From: a virus
Lineage: Duplodnaviria; Caudoviricetes
Strand: one strand, 5' to 3'
Length of the DNA stretch: 26,430 nucleotides
Virus record (IMG/VR): IMGVR_UViG_3300017544_000013
Location: 1-26,430 of that record
Position 1 is the stretch's first letter, and the number at the start of each line of letters is the position of its first letter. Both the position numbers and the translations under genes were made by a program. The notes beneath the pieces were generated by a model that was given only the letters and a program-made list of their open reading frames with translations, was not told the DNA's origin and did no database searches. Below are positions 7,674 through 17,168 of this stretch, piece after piece.

Positions 7674-9002
7674 ATGAAGATTTTTGGCTGGGAAATTGGC
7701 CGCGCAAAGTCGCTTTCGCAGCCTACCGCAAACCGTGGCGGGTGGTTGCCTGTCATACGGGAGAGTTTCAGCGGCGCTTGGCAACAGAATGTCGAGATCA
7801 ATCGCGATCTTGCTCTGACCTATTTTGCCGTGTTTTCGTGCATGACGCTGATTGCCAGCGACATTTCCAAGCTTCGCGTCAAGCTTATGCAGCGCGGGGA
7901 GGGCGGCATCTGGCAGGAAACATCCAACCCTGCATACGATCCGGTTCTGCGCAAGCCCAACTCGATCCAGACCCGCATTCAGTTCTTCGAGAACTGGCTG
8001 CTGTCGAAGCTGTCGAATGGCAATGCTTACGTTCTGAAGCGGCGCGACGGTCGTGGAGTGGTAACGGCGCTCTATGTGCTTGACCCGCAGCGTGTTCAGC
8101 CCTTGGTGTCCGAAAGCGGAGATGTTTTCTATCGTCTTTCAACCGACAATATCAGCGGCATTGAACAGGATGTGATCGTACCGGCGCGTGAGATTATTCA
8201 CGACCGCTATAACTGTCTGTTTCACCCGCTCATTGGTCTTTCGCCACTTACGGCGGCTGGCCTTGCAGCGATGCAGGGTATCACCATCCAGAGCGACAGT
8301 GCGAACTTCTTTGCCAACAAGGGCGTTCCTTCCGGCATCCTGACTGCACCCGGCGAAATATCACAGCCGACAGCGGATCGTCTGAAGGAAGAATGGAATA
8401 AAAACTATTCCGGCAAGAATGCTGGCAAGGTCGCCGTTCTGGGCGACGGGCTTGACTTCAAGAACATGGCTTTCAGCGCCACCGATAGCCAGCTTATCGA
8501 GCAGTTGAAGTGGACCGCCGAAATGGTCTGCTCGACCTTCCACGTACCGCCTTACAAGATCGGTATTGGTCAGATGCCGACCTACAACAACATCCAGGCG
8601 CTGAACATCGAGTACTATTCTCAGGGCCTTCAGAAGCTCATCGAGGATGCTGAAATCTGCCTTGATGAAGGTCTTGGCATGAAAGACGGCATCGGCACGG
8701 AGTTCGATCTGGATGGCCTGTGGCGGATGGACAGCAAGACCCAGATGGAAGTTCTGGAACAGGCGAAAAGCGTTATGACGCTGGACGAACGCCGCAGACG
8801 CATTGATTTGCCGAAGATGAAGACCGGCGGCGATACCGTCTATCTCCAGCAGCAGGACCATTCTCTGGAAGCAATCGCAGCCCGCGACAAGCAACTGATC
8901 GAGCAAGCGGACAATCCTCCGCCGCCTGATGCATCCAACGGGCAAGAGATGAAGTCCATATCAGTCGAAACCGGCTTCTTTAGGAGACTAGCAAATGGAT
9001 GA
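7674..9002 (+). CDS. Phage portal protein (HK97 family)
   Basis: AVFSCMTLIASDISKL, KPN, GNAYV, EIIHDR, GLSPL, FHVPPYKIG, MTLDERR motifs. Confidence 0.96.
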   Translation: MKIFGWEIGRAKSLSQPTANRGGWLPVIRESFSGAWQQNVEINRDLALTYFAVFSCMTLIASDISKLRVKLMQRGEGGIWQETSNPAYDPVLRKPNSIQTRIQFFENWLLSKLSNGNAYVLKRRDGRGVVTALYVLDPQRVQPLVSESGDVFYRLSTDNISGIEQDVIVPAREIIHDRYNCLFHPLIGLSPLTAAGLAAMQGITIQSDSANFFANKGVPSGILTAPGEISQPTADRLKEEWNKNYSGKNAGKVAVLGDGLDFKNMAFSATDSQLIEQLKWTAEMVCSTFHVPPYKIGIGQMPTYNNIQALNIEYYSQGLQKLIEDAEICLDEGLGMKDGIGTEFDLDGLWRMDSKTQMEVLEQAKSVMTLDERRRRIDLPKMKTGGDTVYLQQQDHSLEAIAARDKQLIEQADNPPPPDASNGQEMKSISVETGFFRRLANG

Positions 9003-9795
9003 GTGGGAAAAGCGCGGTGAACGTATGGCTTCCGCTATGCTTGCCCATATCGATAAGTCTCTGAAGCCCATTCTGTCCCGCCTTGATGACTTGGAACAGC
9101 AACTTAAGAGCCTGCCGACACCGAAAGATGGCAAGGACGCAGACCCAGAAACGGTTGCCGACATCGTGAAAGGTCAGGTTCAATCCGATCTTGCCGAAAT
9201 TCGGGCCACAATCGAGGCGTGGAGCGCTCCAGAGCCTGACCGTGAGGTTATACGCGGCATGGTCGAAACGGCTGTCAGTGAGGCGATTTCAGCCATACCA
9301 GTACCGAAGGATGGCAAAGACGGACGTGACGGCGTTGACGGTAAAGACGGCCTGCCTGGTGAGCGCGGTGAAAAAGGCGAATGCGGGGTTGGCGTTGCAG
9401 GTGCATTTATCGAACGCGACGGTAGTCTTGCAGTCACCCTGTCAAACGGTGAGGTGAAAAACCTTGGCCCTGTTTGTGGCAAGGATGGCGCTCCGGGGCA
9501 GGATGGCAAGGACGGCATCGGGTTCGATGATCTTGATCTTGTCGAGGAACCATCAGGCCTGTTCCTGAAATTCATCAAGGGCGATGCCGTCAAATCGTTC
9601 CCGCTGCCGGTAGTCATAGATCGCGGTGTATTCCGAGACGGACAGACCTATCACAAGGGCAGCGGCGTCACCTGGGGCGGTCGATACTGGATTGCGCAGG
9701 AAACCACGTCAGACAAGCCAGACGGCGGGAAAAGCTGGCGTCTCGCCGTTAACAAGGGCCGGGACGGCAAGGACGCGAAGAAGGCAGGTGAGTAA
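8995..9795 (+). CDS. Portal-adjacent collagen-like (DGKDG / Gly-X-Y) protein
   Basis: N-terminal coiled coil; repeats such as DGKDGRDGVDGKDGLPGERGEKGE; C-terminal DRGVF...YHKGSGVTWGGRYWIA...WRLAVNKGRDGKD. Confidence 0.85.
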   Translation: MDEWEKRGERMASAMLAHIDKSLKPILSRLDDLEQQLKSLPTPKDGKDADPETVADIVKGQVQSDLAEIRATIEAWSAPEPDREVIRGMVETAVSEAISAIPVPKDGKDGRDGVDGKDGLPGERGEKGECGVGVAGAFIERDGSLAVTLSNGEVKNLGPVCGKDGAPGQDGKDGIGFDDLDLVEEPSGLFLKFIKGDAVKSFPLPVVIDRGVFRDGQTYHKGSGVTWGGRYWIAQETTSDKPDGGKSWRLAVNKGRDGKDAKKAGE

Positions 9796-10109
9796 TGGCC
9801 GATCTGGTTTCGCTCCAAGAGGTCAAGAATGGCCTTCGCATCGATACTGACGATGACGACGCACACCTGAACTTGCTGATTTCTGCCGCTTCAGGTCGCG
9901 TCAAAGCCTATCTGGATGTGCGGGCCGATGAAGTCATTGACGAGAACGGTGCGACCACTGATGCGCGTGTGAAAACCGCTGCGATCATGCTGGTTGGCTA
10001 CTACTACCGCAATCCAGACCAAGACCCGGATAAGGATTTCTCGGTGGGTATGTTGCCGAAGCCGGTTTCGTCCATGCTGTACCAACTCCGCGACCCGATT
10101 GCGAGGTAG
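9795..10109 (+). CDS. Head-tail connector protein (HK97 gp6-like)
   Basis: VSLQEVKNGLRIDTDDDDAHLNLLISAA...AIMLVGYYYRN. Confidence 0.92.
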   Translation: MADLVSLQEVKNGLRIDTDDDDAHLNLLISAASGRVKAYLDVRADEVIDENGATTDARVKTAAIMLVGYYYRNPDQDPDKDFSVGMLPKPVSSMLYQLRDPIAR

Positions 10110-10112
10110 GCC

Positions 10113-10466
10113 ATGGCAGACAACCGCTCCGCAGGGAGCCTTTATTACAAGGTGGCGCTGCTGAAACGCGAAGACGTTGACGACGGCATGGGCAACACGG
10201 TCGGCCAAGAATGGGTCGAGCAGTTCCAAACCCGCGCCGAGTTCATCCACCTTCGCGGGTCCGAAGCCGTCATGGCTGGCCGCCTTCAAGGCAAGCACAC
10301 ACAGGTCATCCGTGTCCGCAACTCGTCCAACACGCGCCTTATATCCACGGACTGGATGCTTCGGGATATTCGCACCGGAAAATCGTTCAATATCAGAGAT
10401 ATAGAGCACGAAGTTAACCGCCAGTTCATCGCGCTCACGTGCGAAAGCGGCGTAGCTACGGGGTGA
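10113..10466 (+). CDS. Head closure / head-tail adaptor protein (SPP1 gp16-like)
   Basis: AGSL, DDGMGN...W, IRVR, FNIRDI motifs; synteny. Confidence 0.88.
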   Translation: MADNRSAGSLYYKVALLKREDVDDGMGNTVGQEWVEQFQTRAEFIHLRGSEAVMAGRLQGKHTQVIRVRNSSNTRLISTDWMLRDIRTGKSFNIRDIEHEVNRQFIALTCESGVATG

Positions 10467-10470
10467 TGTC

Positions 10471-10905
10471 ATGGTGGAGGGGCTTGATCGTCTTAAGCGC
10501 AAGTTGACCAAGACAATCCCGACCGCTGTTGTTGATGCTACCGTCAAGGCGATGGAGCAAGGTGCGGATGAAGTTGTCTCAATGATGCGGCGGCTTGTTC
10601 CGAAAGATACTGGCAAGCTTGCGGCTACAATTAATTGGACGTGGGGTGAAGCTCCTGAAGGGTCACTGACACTGGGACGGTCCAAAACCGCTGCAAACGG
10701 ATTACGCATCACGATTTATGCCGGCGATATGTCAACGATGGTTGGTGAGCGAAGTCAGTTCCAGCTTGCAAGATTGCAGGAGTTCGGAACCCAGCACATG
10801 CAAGCCAACCCATACTTTTTCCCGTCATGGCGCGCATCGCGTAAGCGAGTGAAGGGACGGATAACGAGACAGATGCGAAAAGCAATCAAGGATGGCTCGA
10901 AGTGA
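10471..10905 (+). CDS. HK97 gp10-family tail component
   Basis: VEGLDRL, VPKDTGKL, QEFGTQHMQANPYFFP. Confidence 0.92.
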   Translation: MVEGLDRLKRKLTKTIPTAVVDATVKAMEQGADEVVSMMRRLVPKDTGKLAATINWTWGEAPEGSLTLGRSKTAANGLRITIYAGDMSTMVGERSQFQLARLQEFGTQHMQANPYFFPSWRASRKRVKGRITRQMRKAIKDGSK

Positions 10906-11303
10906 ATATCTCAGAAGAGCTTCAGCGGTATCTCTACGCTAAATTGCGCACGGTTCCAGAAGTAACAACCTTGGCTAGCGGACGTGTTTATGACCGTGTG
11001 CCAGAAGATAAGTCGTTCCCGTACATCAGTTTTGGACCGTCTGACATTGTTGACGATAGTGCGGAATGTATCGAGGCGGAAACTCATACCATCCAGCTCG
11101 ACGCATGGTCGCGAGCCGTGGGTAAGGGTGAATGTAAGAACCTGGTTGACGGCATCAAGAAAGCGCTCCAGCGCGACACGCCTGAGCTTTCGGACAATGC
11201 AATCGTGGAAATGACCGTGCCGTTTACGAGGATCGTCACGGACCCTGACGGACTAACCACACACGGCATAATCCAGGTGGAAATAAGAGTGGAGATCGCG
11301 TGA
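10902..11303 (+). CDS. Tail completion/terminator protein (DUF3168-like)
   Basis: GRVYDRVP...FPYISFG, LDAWSR, DPDGLTTHG. Confidence 0.88.
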   Translation: MNISEELQRYLYAKLRTVPEVTTLASGRVYDRVPEDKSFPYISFGPSDIVDDSAECIEAETHTIQLDAWSRAVGKGECKNLVDGIKKALQRDTPELSDNAIVEMTVPFTRIVTDPDGLTTHGIIQVEIRVEIA

Positions 11304-11506
11304 TGGCATGGGCAATCTTTAAGGTTGAGTGCAACTGGTCTCGTCCAAAAAGTCGGTTCTCGTTCAATGCGAAGGCGTCACCGGAACCACAAGAACGCCC
11401 GCAAGATTTCATTGATTTTTGCGTATCGAAGGGATGGGCAGAGCGCGTCCAAAGCCCTTCACGCGACCAGAAACGCGCCCTGAAGGGCCGTAACCGGGCG
11501 AAATAA
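11300..11506 (+). CDS. Small hypothetical protein between tail terminator and tail tube
   Basis: Overlaps the upstream stop (GTGATG; start 11300 or 11303); GGAG SD. Confidence 0.65.
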   Translation: MMAWAIFKVECNWSRPKSRFSFNAKASPEPQERPQDFIDFCVSKGWAERVQSPSRDQKRALKGRNRAK

Positions 11507-11583
11507 GCCCATTCACCTGAAACCGGGCCTCAAGCCCTTTTAAGGCTGGCAATTGCTGGCCCGTTTTCGCATGGAGAAAGCAC

Positions 11584-12039
11584 ATGGCTACCAAGCCGAC
11601 TACCGCCGCATTCCCTGATTTCATCCTTGAAGTCGAAACCGATACGCCGGGAACGTTTACCAAGATTTGCGGCATCACTCAGCGCGGCATCAATCGCCAG
11701 CACAACATGCAGACCACTGAAGTCCCGCAGGACTGCGACGACGAAAGCCTGCCGAGCGCGGTCGAACGCGCAATCCAGTCGTCTGAAGTGACGATTTCTG
11801 GGTCTGGCGTCTGGGCATCTCAGAGCCACGAAATGATGTTGGACTGGTGGTACCTGGGCCAGACCAAAAACATCCGTATCAAGCACGTGAAAGCGGCTGT
11901 TGGAGACACGGAATACGAAACCGGTCCAGCAATCCTCGTCAACCTCAACAATGCTGTTGAGAAGGGTCAGAAGGTCAACGCCGAGATTGAAATTCAGTTT
12001 GATGGTGTTCCTGAACGTACCGCTAAGGTCACTCCATAA
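11584..12039 (+). CDS. Major tail tube protein (GTA/TP901-type)
   Basis: FTKICGIT, DCDDES, TISGSGVW motifs; GGAG SD; synteny. Confidence 0.88.
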   Translation: MATKPTTAAFPDFILEVETDTPGTFTKICGITQRGINRQHNMQTTEVPQDCDDESLPSAVERAIQSSEVTISGSGVWASQSHEMMLDWWYLGQTKNIRIKHVKAAVGDTEYETGPAILVNLNNAVEKGQKVNAEIEIQFDGVPERTAKVTP

Positions 12040-12440
12040 TGGCTAAAGCGTTGACGTGGGCAGGCGGGGAGCATGATTTCGAACTCCGCCTTGAACATCT
12101 TCGTGCGCTTCAGGACAAGTGTGATGCAGGGCCAGAATGGATACTGGCCCGCCTATCAAGCAAGCAATGGATGGTTGATGACGTAATTCAGCCGATCCGC
12201 CTTGGGCTTGAAGGTGGCGGGATGGAGAAAGAAGCGGCTCGAAAACTCGTACAAAAGTTTGTCGAGGACCGGCCACTAACTCTTTCCGTTCTGACGGCGC
12301 AGGCCGTTTTGATGATGGCTTTGTATGGCGATCCGGACGATCAGCCGGGGGAGCTGGACGCGGGCGAGGGGAAGACGACCCAGACCCGCTCCCGCGTGGG
12401 AAATGGAAATTCCACCGATATTACCAGTGGGCAGGAGTAA
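12039..12440 (+). CDS. Tail assembly chaperone (GTA-family gpG analogue)
   Basis: LTWAGGEHDFEL...LQDKCDAGP...IRLGLEGGGM; between tail tube and tape measure. Confidence 0.88.
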   Translation: MAKALTWAGGEHDFELRLEHLRALQDKCDAGPEWILARLSSKQWMVDDVIQPIRLGLEGGGMEKEAARKLVQKFVEDRPLTLSVLTAQAVLMMALYGDPDDQPGELDAGEGKTTQTRSRVGNGNSTDITSGQE

Positions 12441-12583
12441 TCCACCGCGACGTTGGGAAAATGACGCTGTGGGAGTTTTCGTGCGCCATCGAAGGCCATC
12501 AAGCTTTCAATCGTGGCGATGAAAAAGCCGCGCCTGAGATAAGCAACGACACTTTGGCAGAGCTTGGAATTGAGGGCTTCTAA
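12347..12583 (+). CDS. -1 frame extension of the tail chaperone (gpT analogue)
   Basis: The -1 frame is open from G GGG GAG (12347) to TAA 12583, encoding ...GKMTLWEFSCAIEG...; the stop overlaps the tape measure ATG. Confidence 0.7.
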   Translation, partial: GGAGRGRGEDDPDPLPRGKWKFHRYYQWAGVIHRDVGKMTLWEFSCAIEGHQAFNRGDEKAAPEISNDTLAELGIEGF

Positions 12584-15168
12584 TGGCAACGGACGTTGAA
12601 CGGCTCATCGTGTCTCTTGAGGCCCGCACCAAGGCTTTCGAGAATGCCCTGAACCGGGCAAACGGAACAGCCAATAAGCGAGCGCGCCAGATTGAGAAGC
12701 GTTTTGCGGATATGAACAAAAACATATCTGCTACGTTTTCTAATTCGCTCAAGAACGCAACGGCGCTCGCGGGTGTTGGCCTAAGCGCACGTGAAGTCAT
12801 TCAGTACGCCGATGCTTGGACGCAGGCAGGCAACATGATCCGGGCAGCGGCGGCTTCGGCTGGCGTTCAGGTGCGCACCCTCGAACAATTGAACGCGGGC
12901 GCTAACGATGCTCGCGTAAGCCTGACAGACTATGCCGATCTGTACGCTAGGCTCATTCGTTCCGCGTCCGGTGTTGCTAAATCTGAAGAAGAAATCGCAC
13001 TCGCGACCAACCTTGTATCCAAGGCGTTCAAAGCGGGCGGCGCATCCGCGCAAGAACAGGCAGCGGGCATTCTTCAGCTTGGTCAAGCGCTCGGTTCTGG
13101 CGTCCTCCAAGGTGACGAACTTCGCTCCATTCGCGAAAATGCGCCTATCGTTGCAAAGGCAATCGCGGACGAGTTCAAGGTTTCCATCTCGGGCCTTAAG
13201 CAGCTCGGCGCAGATGGAAAGCTAACGTCGGATCGTGTTTTTCGCGCAATCATCAATGCACAGAAGGGCATAGAAGAGCAGTTTCGTGCGACTAACGCCA
13301 CGATTGGCGATAGCTTCACCAAGCTTGCTAACAATCTGACGCAGTACATCGGGCAGGCAAACGAAGCCTACGGCATCACCGCAACTGTTGGCGGGATCGT
13401 GAATGCTCTTGCTGATAATATCGGCTTGGTGGCGAACTCAGCAGCCGCTGCCGCCGTTGTCCTACTGTCTCAGTATGTCCCAGCAATGGCGCGAGTTGCT
13501 GTCGCTGGCGCGGCTATGGTTGCGACAAACCCATTCCTGTTGCTTGCTGCTGGAATTGGCGCCGCCACCTTCGCGATTTCGGCTTTTGGCGACCAGATAC
13601 AGCCAATTGCTGGCGAAATGGCTAATCTTCAGGATTATGCTGCTGTAGCATGGGATGCCCTGAAGCAAGGCGCTATGGATGTCGCGTCACTGGTGCGCGA
13701 TGACTTTCTATCTGCGATCAACCTGATTTCCGAGGCACTGTCTGGAACGAAGGTAACTTGGGAAGATGTTTGGAACACAGCAAAAGGCGTTGCCAATAAT
13801 ATAATCGGGGCGATTGGCTTCCTTTATGATGCGACCGTTATCACATTCACGAAGCTTCCCGGCGCTGTAGCGGAAGCGGTTATCAACGCCATGAACTCGA
13901 TGATCGCCGGGATAGAGGCCGGTCTTCAGAAGGCGTTGAACGGGATTAATGCTGTTTCAGCCGCACTGAATAAGCTGGATAGCTTCGTAGGTGTCGCGCC
14001 GACGCTGCCGGAAAACCTGACTGTTGAACTTGGTCGCTTGGATAACAAGTACGCAGGCGCGGGTAAGGAGGCTGGCGATGCTTACGGCGCGGCCCTTCAG
14101 AAAGCTGCCGAAGACCATCTTGGCAAAATTGGCGAAGCGTGGCGAGAACAGGCTAACGCTCGTGCACGTCAACGGACTGCCGATGCAAAGGACCAAGACC
14201 TTATCGCGCCAAACAGGACGGCAAACACGGCTGGGTTTGGTGGTGGTTCGGGCGCATCAGCAGACGGCGATGGAGGCAAGAAAAAGAGAGGGCGCAAGGA
14301 ACGCCAGAATGAGCTTCAGCGCGAGATAGAGCAGATAAAGGAGCGGACAGCTACGCTTCAGGCCGAAACCGCAGCGCAAGCTCAGATTAACCCGCTGATT
14401 GATGATTACGATTACGCAATCACGAAGGCGAGGGCCACGCAAGAGCTTTTGAATGCGGCAAAGAAGGCTGGCATTGAGATAACGCCTGCGCTGAAAGAAC
14501 AAATCAACGGACTGGCTGAAGGTTATGCTCATGCAACTGCTGAGGCTAACAAACTGGCCGAAAGTCAGGAGCAGGCGAGGGAAGCCGCTGACTTCTTCAA
14601 GAACAGTATGCTTGACGCCTTCCAGTCAATGGTTCCGACGATTGAAACCGGGAACAAGGCGCTCGATAAGTTCCTGAATACGCTTATTGAAGCCGTCATT
14701 CAGGCAACCTTGTTGGGTAAAGGGCCATTGGCCGGTTTGTTTGGCGGCGGAGGACTGTTCAAAGGTGGCGGTCTGCTTGGCGGTGCCATTATTCCCGGCA
14801 TTCTTCACAGTGGCGGTGTAGCTGGCTCCGATGGGTACGGTCACGGTAGAGCAGTTTCGCCATCAGCCTTTTCCGGCGCAAAGCGCTACCACCGGGGCGG
14901 GATTGCCGGTCTACAACCAGGTGAAATACCTGCAATTTTGCAACGTGGCGAGGTTGTCCTTCCGCGCAACTCCAAGATTGGAGGCGGAAGCACGGAAACC
15001 ATCAACGTCGTTCTCAGGGATGACAGTGGCCGAATGGCCCAGATAGCCGATCAGCGTATTCAGACAGCATCAGGTGCAATTGTTCAGGTTTCGGTGCAGC
15101 AAAGCGCCAAGGCTGTTCAATCGAACTTCCCGACTATGTTGGCCGATGCTCAGGCAAGGAAGATGTAA
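12583..15168 (+). CDS. Tail tape measure protein
   Basis: 861 aa, Ala-rich helical; QLGQALGSGVLQGDELRSIRENAP motif; C-terminal HSGG/YHRGG...GEIPAILQRGEVVLP. Confidence 0.95.
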   Translation: MATDVERLIVSLEARTKAFENALNRANGTANKRARQIEKRFADMNKNISATFSNSLKNATALAGVGLSAREVIQYADAWTQAGNMIRAAAASAGVQVRTLEQLNAGANDARVSLTDYADLYARLIRSASGVAKSEEEIALATNLVSKAFKAGGASAQEQAAGILQLGQALGSGVLQGDELRSIRENAPIVAKAIADEFKVSISGLKQLGADGKLTSDRVFRAIINAQKGIEEQFRATNATIGDSFTKLANNLTQYIGQANEAYGITATVGGIVNALADNIGLVANSAAAAAVVLLSQYVPAMARVAVAGAAMVATNPFLLLAAGIGAATFAISAFGDQIQPIAGEMANLQDYAAVAWDALKQGAMDVASLVRDDFLSAINLISEALSGTKVTWEDVWNTAKGVANNIIGAIGFLYDATVITFTKLPGAVAEAVINAMNSMIAGIEAGLQKALNGINAVSAALNKLDSFVGVAPTLPENLTVELGRLDNKYAGAGKEAGDAYGAALQKAAEDHLGKIGEAWREQANARARQRTADAKDQDLIAPNRTANTAGFGGGSGASADGDGGKKKRGRKERQNELQREIEQIKERTATLQAETAAQAQINPLIDDYDYAITKARATQELLNAAKKAGIEITPALKEQINGLAEGYAHATAEANKLAESQEQAREAADFFKNSMLDAFQSMVPTIETGNKALDKFLNTLIEAVIQATLLGKGPLAGLFGGGGLFKGGGLLGGAIIPGILHSGGVAGSDGYGHGRAVSPSAFSGAKRYHRGGIAGLQPGEIPAILQRGEVVLPRNSKIGGGSTETINVVLRDDSGRMAQIADQRIQTASGAIVQVSVQQSAKAVQSNFPTMLADAQARKM

Positions 15169-15228
15169 TGAGCAAAGAAACCGATGGTCCTGATATTCTT
15201 GACGATAGAATACGCAAGGCGGCTGGGG

Positions 15229-15447
15229 CTATTGTAACCTTGCCGAATTGTCGAACTCCAAGACATCGATCAGGTTCCGAAACATGTCCCTGCCTTTGTC
15301 GGAGGTTAGCGTCTCTTTTTGCCGCCTTAATACGGCGGCGGTAATCTCTGCAAAACCTCTGTCGTGTTCTCGTATGGCGTTACAGATCGCATTCAATGCG
15401 GCTGTCATGTCGGTGATGTAGTCAGCGTCGTCTTGATGCATTGCCAT
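15229..15447 (-). CDS. Small antisense hypothetical protein inserted in the tail operon
   Basis: 72-aa amphipathic helical ORF occupying the gap between tape measure and the next tail gene. Confidence 0.55.
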   Translation of the reverse strand: MAMHQDDADYITDMTAALNAICNAIREHDRGFAEITAAVLRRQKETLTSDKGRDMFRNLIDVLEFDNSARLQ

Positions 15448-15512
15448 GGTCTCATTTTTGAACTGCCGTCATATTGATAGATGGCGGTTAAAGTTTCGCT
15501 ACGAGGGTCATC

Positions 15513-16190
15513 ATGACAATTCTCTGGCCTCGTTCGGTTCTCAAACCGAAGCGCGACCCGTTCAATATTGCCCCGCGTACACTCGCAGGACCTTCCAGTG
15601 TATCGGGCGTGACGCAGGTTACGGCTTCGGACGCCGGTATCTGGAAGGCGACGTTCAGCGACATCATTATTCGTCGTGGATCGCCTTCCGTTCTTGCATT
15701 TCGGGCTATTGCAAATCTGCTGGAAGGTCGTTTGCGTCCGATCCTGGTTCCTCGCTGTTGCGCTTATCAACCGTTCGATCCTGACGGCAACGGCGCAGCG
15801 GATAAGGTGCCTCATTCGGATACAAGCCCGTTCAGTGACGGTGGACTGTACCGCTCCCGATCAATCGATATCCGCCTGACCAGCAACATACCGCTGCGCG
15901 GGACGACGGCGAACATATCGCTTGTTACGGCAGGCCAATTGCAGCCGGGGATGGATTTCTCCATCGGAGAGCGGATGTACCGTATTCGGACAGTTCAGAT
16001 GACGGGCGAGAATACGGCGACAATCACATTCCGTCCTCCGGCCCGCGAGGCAGCGCCAGCCGGAAGCGAACTGGAGTTCGATTATCCAGTGTGCCGGATG
16101 CGATTGGCCTCCGATAGTGAAATGGACCTCGACCTTGATCTGATTTCGCAGTGGTCATTCCCGACAGTGAATTTCGTGGAAGATGTCTGA
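15513..16190 (+). CDS. Distal tail / tail tip protein
   Basis: GAGG SD; position after tape measure; beta-rich; ITFRPPAR motif. Confidence 0.7.
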   Translation: MTILWPRSVLKPKRDPFNIAPRTLAGPSSVSGVTQVTASDAGIWKATFSDIIIRRGSPSVLAFRAIANLLEGRLRPILVPRCCAYQPFDPDGNGAADKVPHSDTSPFSDGGLYRSRSIDIRLTSNIPLRGTTANISLVTAGQLQPGMDFSIGERMYRIRTVQMTGENTATITFRPPAREAAPAGSELEFDYPVCRMRLASDSEMDLDLDLISQWSFPTVNFVEDV

Positions 16191-16780
16191 TGGCTTTCTT
16201 TGATCCGACGCAACTGGCCGAGTTCGCCAAACATGAAGTTAGGCTGGATTTCCTTGTCGAGTTCCGCTTTGCGTCCGAGACAATGCGTGTCTGGAATGGG
16301 AATACGGCGCTGGAAACTGGCGGCAACCGCTATGAACCGATGTATGGCTATGGCTCGATTGACGGCATCGGCATGGCTTCGACCACTGCCGCGCAGAATG
16401 TCACGTTCCAGCTTTCAGGCTTGCCGGATGCGACACTGAACTTTCTCGCTATGGCACTTGATGCAAATGATGAGGTAGATCAGCGCATTGTCGTTATCTC
16501 GATCCAGCTTTTCGATGAGGAATGGCAGCCACTGGGCGGTCCCGCGCCGATTTGGTGGGGCTTCATGCAGCCGCCACGCATCAGCCGCACCGAAATGCAG
16601 GGTACAGAAGGGGCAATTCAGTCGATCAGCATGACGGCAGAAAACGCATTCTTCAACCGGTCACGACCTGCTTATGGCCGCTATACCGACCGAGACCAAC
16701 AGCGCCGTTCACCCGGTGACAAATTCTGTCAGTTCATCGGTTCGCTGCTCTTCAAGAGCTTTAAATACCCGGATTACTGA
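16190..16780 (+). CDS. Minor tail tip protein
   Basis: TGATG coupling; RYTDRDQQRRSPGDKFCQF motif common in siphophage tail-tip proteins. Confidence 0.75.
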   Translation: MAFFDPTQLAEFAKHEVRLDFLVEFRFASETMRVWNGNTALETGGNRYEPMYGYGSIDGIGMASTTAAQNVTFQLSGLPDATLNFLAMALDANDEVDQRIVVISIQLFDEEWQPLGGPAPIWWGFMQPPRISRTEMQGTEGAIQSISMTAENAFFNRSRPAYGRYTDRDQQRRSPGDKFCQFIGSLLFKSFKYPDY

Positions 16781-16784
16781 TCCC

Positions 16785-17168
16785 ATGAACATTGCCGAGT
16801 TTGTAACTGCCGAGGCGCAAAAGCCTTTCCGGTGGGGAGAGACTGATTGTGTTTCGACCGTGGACCGCTGGATACGGTCATGCACTGGCCGCTCGCCGCT
16901 CGCTTGGGTTGATCGCGAGTATTCGGACGCTGAGGGGGCGGCATCGGTCTTGTCAGACCGTGGCGGGCTGGCTGTGCTGGTCAACCGGGCAATGCGCTCA
17001 CAGGGGTTCATTAAGACCGGCCAGCCTGTGACCGGCGATGTCGGTTTGATCATCCATAACGGCAAACTGTGCATGGCGATCCATGTAGGCGATTGCTGGT
17101 TCTCGCACGATGAGCAGGGCTTCGTCGGAGCACCGCTCAATTCTGTCTGGAAGGCTTGGAGATTGTAA
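16785..17168 (+). CDS. NlpC/P60-like tail assembly protein (DUF6950-like)
   Basis: PFRWGETDC motif, GDVG, C-terminal AWR; position equivalent to lambda K. Confidence 0.8.
   Translation: MNIAEFVTAEAQKPFRWGETDCVSTVDRWIRSCTGRSPLAWVDREYSDAEGAASVLSDRGGLAVLVNRAMRSQGFIKTGQPVTGDVGLIIHNGKLCMAIHVGDCWFSHDEQGFVGAPLNSVWKAWRL

Noticed and set aside
9891-10712. 273-aa antisense ORF and other long antisense ORFs over terL, protease, portal and tail genes
   Set aside because: They overlap well-supported + strand genes and have non-protein-like composition.
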